Positions 28,630 through 35,645 of a stretch of 38,269 nt of DNA are shown here, piece by piece. Every line of letters begins with the position of its first letter. Positions within the stretch are counted from its first letter, which is position 1. The notes under the pieces were generated by a model. That model saw only the letters and a program-made list of their open reading frames with translations. It was not told the DNA's origin and did no database searches. The position numbers were made by a program, and so were the translations under genes. The stretch is from a virus (taxonomy: Duplodnaviria; Caudoviricetes): positions 1-38,269 of IMG/VR virus record IMGVR_UViG_3300020042_012023. One strand, given 5' to 3'.

Positions 28630-28658
28630 TTGATATTAGAGGCTTAGTATGCTAAAAA
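28630..28658 (+). promoter_or_regulatory. Possible sigma70-type promoter
   Basis: TTGATA-17 bp-TAAAAA with TGn extension, upstream of the GGAG SD and ATG 28682. Confidence 0.35.
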
Positions 28659-28681
28659 GGGGTATAAAAATGGAGTTTTGA

Positions 28682-28960
28682 ATGCCTACAGCCAAGCCAA
28701 AAGACTGGGTCAACCCTAGAGCCTGGAAGCCCTTGAGAGTCCCCAAATGCCCTGTGATGGGCTACCTCTACCGTGCGACAACCGATGGAGCCGGGGTCCT
28801 GATCCAACGCAAGAAGTGGAACCACCCAGACGAGTTTCGAACGAGAAAAAAGCTTACAATAGAGCGATGGAATGAGTTAGAAACCTCAATCCTGGAGAAT
28901 GCCGTCGAGTATGAAGTCGCGGTACTTTTGAGCACACTAGCTAGAGGGACTTTTAAATGA
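28682..28960 (+). CDS. Hypothetical protein
   Basis: 92 aa, GGAG SD. Confidence 0.6.
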   Translation: MPTAKPKDWVNPRAWKPLRVPKCPVMGYLYRATTDGAGVLIQRKKWNHPDEFRTRKKLTIERWNELETSILENAVEYEVAVLLSTLARGTFK

Positions 28961-29061
28961 CACCTGACTTAGTTGAAGCATTCATGCTCGGGGTATTCAC
29001 ACTGCCCATGCTCTGGATGCTGATTTTTTTCATACTCTGGTTTTTGAGAATACTATCATGA
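28957..29061 (+). CDS. Single-TM micro-protein (34 aa, not in ORF track)
   Basis: ATGA overlap; MTPDLVEAFMLGVFTLPMLWMLIFFILWFLRILS*. Confidence 0.55.
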   Translation: MTPDLVEAFMLGVFTLPMLWMLIFFILWFLRILS

Positions 29062-29144
29062 AAGCAATACTTTATGTCTTTTTTGCGTGGTTAGTGATAG
29101 CCTGGTCTCTCGCTATGTTTCTCGGATTCTTCACTTCACCGTAA
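29058..29144 (+). CDS. Single-TM micro-protein (28 aa, not in ORF track)
   Basis: ATGA overlap; MKAILYVFFAWLVIAWSLAMFLGFFTSP*. Confidence 0.5.
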   Translation: MKAILYVFFAWLVIAWSLAMFLGFFTSP

Positions 29145-29156
29145 ACGGGAATTTTT

Positions 29157-29414
29157 ATGAGTGCGACTCTGTATGTTATTCTTGGTATGTCAATTGCCTC
29201 GTCGATAATAACGGTAGCCTTAGGGATTTTGATGTTTTTAATACTTTGTAAGAAGGTTAAAGAAATCGAATGCCGTAGCTTAGATGTTATTAATGAGGCT
29301 AAGGAAAATTTAAAGACTGCTAGTAGTATTAATCAAGCGTTAGCTATGAAGGTAGAAATTATCGAGGACGCTGTAAAATCGCTTGACTTTTATCGCGCAC
29401 AAGGGAAAAAGTAA
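29157..29414 (+). CDS. Membrane protein, N-terminal TM plus coiled coil
   Basis: 30 hydrophobic residues, then a heptad-like charged region. Confidence 0.6.
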   Translation: MSATLYVILGMSIASSIITVALGILMFLILCKKVKEIECRSLDVINEAKENLKTASSINQALAMKVEIIEDAVKSLDFYRAQGKK

Positions 29415-29442
29415 TACTCCATAAAAATCAAAGGGATACCAA

Positions 29443-29796
29443 ATGTCAACTTTTCGCGACGGCTACTTAGATCAAGGCCAACCCCTCGGGATGCTTCCGC
29501 AAGATGTGCTTCTTATCGCTGACGACACTCCTGTGATTCTAAACCCCAAAACTGCGCTGTTGCGACTCCGGTCGAATGACACGACCGCGGCGAACCGGAC
29601 ATTCACCCTCCAGCCTGGATATGTCGTGGGTCAGGAGCTCGTCATTGTGTTCACAAGTGGAGCCGCAACGGCAGCACAGCTCCTGAACGCCGGAACAGTG
29701 GCTTTAAGCGCGGCGTGGGCACCGACCCTCAATGATACCCTCCGGCTCGTCTGGACGGGCTCTATATGGGTAGAAACGGCTCGCAGCGATAACTGA
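29443..29796 (+). CDS. Putative beta-rich virion protein
   Basis: TFTL.PG...GQEL...DTLRLVWTGSIWVETARS resembles fibre/decoration domains. Confidence 0.45.
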   Translation: MSTFRDGYLDQGQPLGMLPQDVLLIADDTPVILNPKTALLRLRSNDTTAANRTFTLQPGYVVGQELVIVFTSGAATAAQLLNAGTVALSAAWAPTLNDTLRLVWTGSIWVETARSDN

Positions 29797-30296
29797 TGGC
29801 TGGCCGAGGTAGACCACGCAAACCTGGAAGCCCGATCCCCAAGCCAAAGCCCGAGGTATGCGACCTTGAGCTCGCTGACCCGGGTAATCCTTTTGTTGCG
29901 CATAAAGAGAGTGATGCATTCCAGGGTTCAAAGTTTCAACCCGGCCAAGCTGGGTGTATGGGCTCAACACCTGGAATGCTGACTCCCATCATGATTCGCA
30001 GGTTACTTAGCCGGATGTGGAAGATGAATCGCTGGCAGCTGCAAAGGCTGGTCGAGGACCCCCAAACCAGCATGGGGGAAATCACTTTAGCCGCGATACT
30101 TGTGAAAGCGGCTGGAGATGGGGACGTGCAAAAGATCGAGTTTGTGCTAAATAGGATGATAGGCAAGGTTAAGGCGGCTCAAGAAAAGCCCGAACAACTC
30201 GACGAATTGCGGCTTATCCCTACAGAAAAGATCCTGGAGCTACTTGACTCTTTACCCAAAGATGTGATGAATGTGACCCCGAAAGAAGGTGCTTAA
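29796..30296 (+). CDS. terS: Probable terminase small subunit
   Basis: GRGRPRK AT-hook, KFQPGQAG, and L.KA..GD....EF.LNR..GK as in DUF5681-type TerS proteins. Confidence 0.65.
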   Translation: MAGRGRPRKPGSPIPKPKPEVCDLELADPGNPFVAHKESDAFQGSKFQPGQAGCMGSTPGMLTPIMIRRLLSRMWKMNRWQLQRLVEDPQTSMGEITLAAILVKAAGDGDVQKIEFVLNRMIGKVKAAQEKPEQLDELRLIPTEKILELLDSLPKDVMNVTPKEGA

Positions 30297-30484
30297 AATG
30301 TTTGTACAAATAGCTGATAATTCTTACATTAACAGTGATCATATTGTCACAATTGAATCGCCTCAAGGATTTACTGTAAGGATAACTTATGCTGATCTTG
30401 AGGTATTAGATTATGTCATACCAGAGGAATATTGGGACTCGTTTTGGCAGTGTGTGAGGAATCAGAAGTAACCCCGAAAGAAGG
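30276..30484 (+). repeat. 14-bp direct repeat ACCCCGAAAGAAGG flanking a small ORF
   Basis: Exact copies at 30276-30289 and 30471-30484. Confidence 0.8.
30289..30471 (+). CDS. Small hypothetical protein
   Basis: MFVQIADNSYINSDHIVTIE; AT-rich; true start may be ATG 30298. Confidence 0.55.
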   Translation: MLKMFVQIADNSYINSDHIVTIESPQGFTVRITYADLEVLDYVIPEEYWDSFWQCVRNQK

Positions 30485-30584
30485 GGTGCCTTAGGTTCTA
30501 TTTCAAAGCGGTTTAAAATTGAGTTAAACTGGTTTGTCTAAGACACAAAAGATGGTTAATCGAATCGAGAAAGAAAGTCAATAG

Positions 30585-30779
30585 ATGCAATTTAAGGTTT
30601 TTAGGGGTGACTTAAAAGAGGGGCGTAAGCGACTGCTATTAACTCCAGGTGAGAGCATAATAATAGTTCACATGCAGATAGAGAATTTTGGCGATAAAGA
30701 TATTCTTATAGAGTTCGATCAAGATTATGTTTTAGCAACATCTCCAGACTCTGAAAATCATATTCGGGTAAAAAAATAA
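30585..30779 (+). CDS. Hypothetical protein
   Basis: 64 aa in an AT-rich small-gene cluster. Confidence 0.5.
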   Translation: MQFKVFRGDLKEGRKRLLLTPGESIIIVHMQIENFGDKDILIEFDQDYVLATSPDSENHIRVKK

Positions 30780-30809
30780 TGATCACGATATCAGCGCAGG
30801 AAAGTCAAA

Positions 30810-31019
30810 TTGAAAACTATCGATAAAATTAAAGCCGCTAGAGAAGCCCTTAAAGTGTCTTGTTTTAAATATAAAGATATTGAAGTGATATATAATGAGG
30901 ACGATAGTTTTAGTCTGTCTTATAGTCCTTCACCTTTAGGTGTAATTAGAGTCGAGAGCGAAAGCATGATAGCAATAGCCGACTGGGTTTTATGTTTATT
31001 CATCGATGATGGGGAATAA
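30810..31019 (+). CDS. Hypothetical protein
   Basis: 69 aa, TTG start with AGGA upstream. Confidence 0.5.
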   Translation: MKTIDKIKAAREALKVSCFKYKDIEVIYNEDDSFSLSYSPSPLGVIRVESESMIAIADWVLCLFIDDGE

Positions 31020-31022
31020 CAA

Positions 31023-31271
31023 ATGGACACTATGAGCCTATTAGAACGTCTTAGGCAGTTAGTGAACGACCCTGAAAACTGCGCCATTTCAGATGTTGAA
31101 GTAGCAGAAGTGTTTATATCAGTTTTGCCTAAACTGTTGGCTATAGTAGATATTAACAGGCTGATGATAGGTGCCTCCTGTCCAGAAGCTTACAATGCTT
31201 ATGGGGTGAGGCTAGTAGAGGCACTTCGAACACTTGAGGAGATGGGGAATAGCAATGGCACCACGCTTTAG
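31023..31271 (+). CDS. Hypothetical protein
   Basis: 82 aa, GGGGA SD. Confidence 0.55.
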   Translation: MDTMSLLERLRQLVNDPENCAISDVEVAEVFISVLPKLLAIVDINRLMIGASCPEAYNAYGVRLVEALRTLEEMGNSNGTTL

Positions 31272-33273
31272 CAAGATCATGTCGAAAATGCAGGATGAAG
31301 AGGACATTCCCGCGGATATCCCAAATCCCGAGATGATGATGGAAGAGCCTTCCACAATGCCTTGGGACAAGCCCTTCCCCCCTGGAATAGCGGCGCAGGA
31401 GGCTTTCGACGACATGCTGACGCGGAGGGTCGTAGACCCACTAGCCCAGGCTGGACACCCAGACCTAGGTGCGGGGTTTGCGGCGATACCCAGTGCAGCG
31501 CATAGCATGATAGTGCCTCAGACTGAGTTTGATGTAGCGGGGACAATCATCCCCTTGCCTGGAGTCGCAAAGGCGATGAAAGCGGGGAAGTTTAGAAAGA
31601 TTCGCAATGCGATGAAGGCTGAGGACCCTGAGAATGTGGCGGGTATTGTTGCGAAGCAAGCGGAGAAGCATGTTCCCGAGGCTGATAAGCTGGCTAAAAA
31701 AGAATATGACGAATATATGAAGGGGGAATTGGCACCTAAAGCCGAAGTCAGGGATATCGACGCGAAGGTAGAGGCATCAAAGGCTGAAGCGGTGCCTAAG
31801 CACCCCCAAGGCGAGCGGTTAGATCGAATCAAAAAAAGCCTGTCTAAAATTGACGACTTGATGAAGCAGTTAAAAAGCCTTCCAGGTTCAGTCGAACCGC
31901 CAAAGAGTGAGCTTTCAATCCTTGAAAGGATATTATCCAGGTTTGACGAACCAGAAGCGGAAAAACTGCGCAGTGTGATCAAGCGGGACTTGGATGCATT
32001 TGAAGGTGGAAATACTTATATTGGGGAAAACTTCCACAAGCCAGTCTGGCAAAAACCAAACGCGGAATATGTGCAGCCCATACCAGTCCCTCCAGAGTAT
32101 TTAGACAAAGTGGGCAATCATGTCGGCAAAAACATCATGTATGGTGGGAATGACCCATTCCAATGGCTAGATACCAAATACGGTGCATCCAAGGCTTGGT
32201 TGGAGAAAACTACAGGCCAACCTCGTATAATTGAAACGCAGAGCGATTTGATTGCCCATGCTGATTATATGGACAAGCTTACTGATCAAGATAAGGTCAT
32301 TTTTCATATTTTAGGCGATGATAATCGTATCAGTCGTGTGTTAATGCCAGGTGTTCCAAGTCAGGCACGAGTTATACAGGCAGCGAAAAAACTGGCTGAC
32401 AAGGGGATAAACGTAACGATAAAAAGACATAACATACCTGGAAGAAAACCAGACAAATCTAGCCAAGTAATCCCAGACGGTATATGGCAACAAGATGAAT
32501 ATTTGCGACTAGATCCAGAGCAAATAAAAGCGATCAGTAAAGTTGGCGGCCATGATTTTTTTAACAGTCCAGTCATTGATGCTGATGTTGCGCCTATAGT
32601 TAATCAAGGCAAAGACATGGCGCGAAAAGAATACGAGGACATTTATGATTTCAAGCCTCGATCGATACCCGACCCCCCCAAGCCTCCCAAAGGCGACCCC
32701 GAAGCCTCGCTGCGCTTCCCTGGAATACAGTCTCAGATGGACGTAGCCCCCTCTAGAATGGACGAGACTGGGAAGGCCTTTGGAGATGTAGGGCAGAGTG
32801 AGTTTCTGCCTGATAACAGGCCACAGGTGATCAGGGAGGACGTGCCTAAGAGGAATTATGTCGAGAGTGAGATGGGCAAGCCAGTGTCAGAATTGACTGG
32901 GGGATTGAAGCCAAGCCAGCTGCAAAATCCACTATTCAAGTATTCGGTAAATCCGATGATTGATGATTTAAAATCTAAAGCACAAACAAGGCAAACCTAC
33001 GGTGAGCTTTCTTATGGGGAAGAAGTCAAGGCAGCAAAGTCAAAACATGCGGCTACAAGGCTTCAAAACCAAATGTACAAAGGCCGTCCCTCCCACGAAG
33101 CGGAGCAAGCGAAGCTTTTTCCCAAGGTGAACGAGGCGGTGAAGGGGAGGCCTGAGTCAGTCAAAAAGCTGTTTCAAAAACCCGATGGCTCGTTAGTTGA
33201 CGAAAATGGTAACGTGGTCATGACAGCGGAAGAATCTGAGCGATTAATGTATGAAAAACTAAAAGACTTCTAA
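31255..33273 (+). CDS. Multidomain protein with a Cys-less radical-SAM-like (SPL/Rv2578c-type) core
   Basis: GG.NDPFQWLD.KYG...IIETQSDLI...D..ISRVL.PGVPS..R.IQAAKKLADKGINV matches the barrel motifs of SPL-like radical SAMs by eye; there is no Cys in the protein; start taken at ATG 31255. Confidence 0.6.
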   Translation: MAPRFSKIMSKMQDEEDIPADIPNPEMMMEEPSTMPWDKPFPPGIAAQEAFDDMLTRRVVDPLAQAGHPDLGAGFAAIPSAAHSMIVPQTEFDVAGTIIPLPGVAKAMKAGKFRKIRNAMKAEDPENVAGIVAKQAEKHVPEADKLAKKEYDEYMKGELAPKAEVRDIDAKVEASKAEAVPKHPQGERLDRIKKSLSKIDDLMKQLKSLPGSVEPPKSELSILERILSRFDEPEAEKLRSVIKRDLDAFEGGNTYIGENFHKPVWQKPNAEYVQPIPVPPEYLDKVGNHVGKNIMYGGNDPFQWLDTKYGASKAWLEKTTGQPRIIETQSDLIAHADYMDKLTDQDKVIFHILGDDNRISRVLMPGVPSQARVIQAAKKLADKGINVTIKRHNIPGRKPDKSSQVIPDGIWQQDEYLRLDPEQIKAISKVGGHDFFNSPVIDADVAPIVNQGKDMARKEYEDIYDFKPRSIPDPPKPPKGDPEASLRFPGIQSQMDVAPSRMDETGKAFGDVGQSEFLPDNRPQVIREDVPKRNYVESEMGKPVSELTGGLKPSQLQNPLFKYSVNPMIDDLKSKAQTRQTYGELSYGEEVKAAKSKHAATRLQNQMYKGRPSHEAEQAKLFPKVNEAVKGRPESVKKLFQKPDGSLVDENGNVVMTAEESERLMYEKLKDF

Positions 33274-33291
33274 TAAAGAAAGGAAGCTACC

Positions 33292-33369
33292 ATGACTGAA
33301 GCTACTGGGGGATTTTGTGTGGATCGGATGAAAAAAAAGCCTAAGCCGAAACCAAAACCAAAGTGCTGA
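33292..33369 (+). CDS. Basic micro-peptide (25 aa, not in ORF track)
   Basis: AAGGAAG SD; MTEATGGFCVDRMKKKPKPKPKPKC*. Confidence 0.5.
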   Translation: MTEATGGFCVDRMKKKPKPKPKPKC

Positions 33370-33414
33370 AATAACCGTGTAAAATACTCACGAAATAGGG
33401 GCGAGTGACGAAAC

Positions 33415-33600
33415 GTGAATAAGGGAAAAATTAACGATATGAACGCAAAGACGTACAACGTGCAAATCGAGTATTTAGGACAGGAATTTTTTACTGTGGA
33501 AACGGAAAATGAATCGGACGCTAGATATATAGCGCTTAAGGAATTTAGAGTCCGAAACCCGGAGGGGGACATACAGTCTGTTGAGGTTGATGAAGTATAA
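33415..33600 (+). CDS. Hypothetical protein
   Basis: Y.V.......VE.ENE.DA...A pattern of small phage early proteins; start may be a later ATG. Confidence 0.5.
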   Translation: MNKGKINDMNAKTYNVQIEYLGQEFFTVETENESDARYIALKEFRVRNPEGDIQSVEVDEV

Positions 33601-33641
33601 CATAAGGAGCACTGGCTATGCCTTAAGGAAAATGTCTCAAC

Positions 33642-34034
33642 GTGAAAATAGAAAGCACAGACAGGACACTCAAGATAATCGATGACTTTGGAAGGCAGAG
33701 GTTTTTTGTGAGCGACGAATTATACGACGCAGTTAAATTTGAAGGCGGGATATCAAAAGAAGAGGAGGAGAGTTTAGAAGTCTATGGAAAGAATCAATGC
33801 GCTATAATAGACATAATTAAAATAGAAAAGAAGTATAAGTTTTTAAGCGAGCTCGCTTCAAAGTATGGTGAGCTAGCGCATGAAGTTAATAACCGTATAG
33901 AGCTCACAAAGATGATGGACCCTGGAGCTATCGCTATCGCAGTCCAGCTGTTACAGAGTAGCTTTGGACTCATTGAAAAGGCGGCTTTCCAGGTGAAAGA
34001 GGACGAAGACGAGCCAGAGGAAAAGATGTGGTAA
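33642..34034 (+). CDS. Hypothetical protein
   Basis: 130 aa, GTG start. Confidence 0.55.
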   Translation: MKIESTDRTLKIIDDFGRQRFFVSDELYDAVKFEGGISKEEEESLEVYGKNQCAIIDIIKIEKKYKFLSELASKYGELAHEVNNRIELTKMMDPGAIAIAVQLLQSSFGLIEKAAFQVKEDEDEPEEKMW

Positions 34035-34122
34035 TAATTACAGCTAAGTCCTAGTTGTTAGACGTCTAATCCTTAGACACCTACTCATAATGTAACCTAG
34101 CGATATTTCTAGGCTACAGGGA

Positions 34123-34138
34123 TGGCATGGGGTGTGCA
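34123..34138 (+). promoter_or_regulatory. Candidate sigma54 (-24/-12) promoter
   Basis: TGGCATGGGGTGTGCA has GG-N10-GC spacing, close to TGGCACG-N4-TTGCW; intergenic, 45 bp before ATG 34184. Confidence 0.5.
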
Positions 34139-34183
34139 ATAGGGGTAGTACCTGGCAATGTCGCTGGGCACTAGGGAAAAAAC

Positions 34184-34504
34184 ATGACAAAGAAAATCAC
34201 ATTAGAATTCACAAACTCCGAAATCACCTGGCTCTACTTCCAAGCTTGCGAAACCTTCTTAAAAAATAGAGTGACTATGAGTTGGTTCATTCCGTTGAAT
34301 CTAACCGGCAAAGACATACTGGCTAGGCAAAAGAAGGCTAAATACTACCTGTATTGGTGCAAAAACATCGTAGACGCTAAGATGCTCGTCGCTGCATGGG
34401 GGTTAAAAGAGTACGACATTCTCCTCGATACGAGGGACGAGGACGATGGGGAGATATCGTTTGTGGTTTGGTGTAAAAAGCCTTTGCGATCGGCTAAGAA
34501 ATGA
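34184..34504 (+). CDS. Hypothetical protein
   Basis: 106 aa, AGGGA SD; has its own candidate promoter and downstream hairpin. Confidence 0.6.
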   Translation: MTKKITLEFTNSEITWLYFQACETFLKNRVTMSWFIPLNLTGKDILARQKKAKYYLYWCKNIVDAKMLVAAWGLKEYDILLDTRDEDDGEISFVVWCKKPLRSAKK

Positions 34505-34506
34505 AT

Positions 34507-34532
34507 ATCACGTAGTATATATACTACGTGAT
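34507..34532. terminator. Perfect 26-bp palindrome between convergent genes (probable bidirectional terminator)
   Basis: ATCACGTAGTATA|TATACTACGTGAT. Confidence 0.6.
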
Positions 34533-34538
34533 TTATGG

Positions 34539-35588
34539 TTAATCCAATTGGTCACTGTCCTCGTTTCTCTGCCTAAAATACGCTCTTATCTGATCCCGTA
34601 GTTTAAGGCTCCGCTCGTCGTCGTGATCTACTAATTGCCATAGCCCTTGTGAGTCCATTTTGAGGTCTCGCACTGGGTCGAAATTATTCTCTTCGAGGAT
34701 ACGCCAACGGTCCCAGTATAATCTCCGAGACTTCGGTCCATGGTATGAATGTGCAATGACTCCGGGGACATAGCCTATATTCTTGCGAATATATTTGAGA
34801 GCTAGCTTCTCCCACGACGAGACACTTTCTTTGTATGCGCTGGTCACTTTCCCGCTCACTCCCTCGGAGGCGCGACCCAAAAACGAAAGTGCCATATGGT
34901 GGTCCCCGGCTCCCAATACAGCAGTGCTGAGAAGTCCACCCATGCGCTCAAAGGCTCCGCGTCTCCACCCCCAAGCAAACCCTGGATGCCAGTAGATAAG
35001 CTTGTCCTGGATGCCGTATTTGTGCTTTGGATTGGAGAATCTTTTGGGGTTTAATTTCCCATCATGGTCGGTGAGCGGGGGAATTTTTGTATTAGCTAGT
35101 TGATTGTGATAGCAGTATACAAAACCGTGGTTAGTGCCCACTGGATTTAAAGCTGGATGGGGTCCGATATCTAAGGCCATGTGAAAAAGTTGGATTACGT
35201 CATATGTTTGTAGTTGCTGGACACTTTCGTGTAACCAGTCCTCGCGCATGAACGTAACATCAGCATCTATGACTAAAACATACTTCCAGTCTGGAGGGAG
35301 CCTATTTACAGCGAGATTGAGCATATTTTCTTTGTGCCAAAGCTCAGTCCTGGTAGTCAGCTGGAGGGTATTTGGTTCACCCTTAATAGTCACTTCGAAA
35401 GGCCTATCTCCCACGGCGACTTCAACCGTGTAGAGGTTGGCACCTGAAGCGGCCATATGGTGCTTAAATCGCCGGTAGAGGTTATACCTGGACTTGAACC
35501 TAACCACGTTACTGATGCAAGTGATCACCCAGCATTTGCTTGTGTCAATCGGGGTCAAGTCAGTCTTTAAGATACTGTTAATATCCAC
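34539..35588 (-). CDS. GT-A fold glycosyltransferase-like protein
   Basis: WHKENMLNLAV..LP..WKYVLVIDAD (DxD), HPGFAW..RR..F..MGGL, GAGD, H.YHG. Confidence 0.7.
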   Translation of the reverse strand: MDINSILKTDLTPIDTSKCWVITCISNVVRFKSRYNLYRRFKHHMAASGANLYTVEVAVGDRPFEVTIKGEPNTLQLTTRTELWHKENMLNLAVNRLPPDWKYVLVIDADVTFMREDWLHESVQQLQTYDVIQLFHMALDIGPHPALNPVGTNHGFVYCYHNQLANTKIPPLTDHDGKLNPKRFSNPKHKYGIQDKLIYWHPGFAWGWRRGAFERMGGLLSTAVLGAGDHHMALSFLGRASEGVSGKVTSAYKESVSSWEKLALKYIRKNIGYVPGVIAHSYHGPKSRRLYWDRWRILEENNFDPVRDLKMDSQGLWQLVDHDDERSLKLRDQIRAYFRQRNEDSDQLD

Positions 35589-35645
35589 AGGCTAGGCCCT
35601 CAAAAAGATTTTGGAATAATGAATATTGTATGCTAATGTCTGCGC

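Noticed and set aside
34507-34532. Protelomerase (telRL) site of a linear plasmid prophage
   Set aside because: No protelomerase/tyrosine recombinase or partition genes recognised; the palindrome is short and lies between convergent genes.
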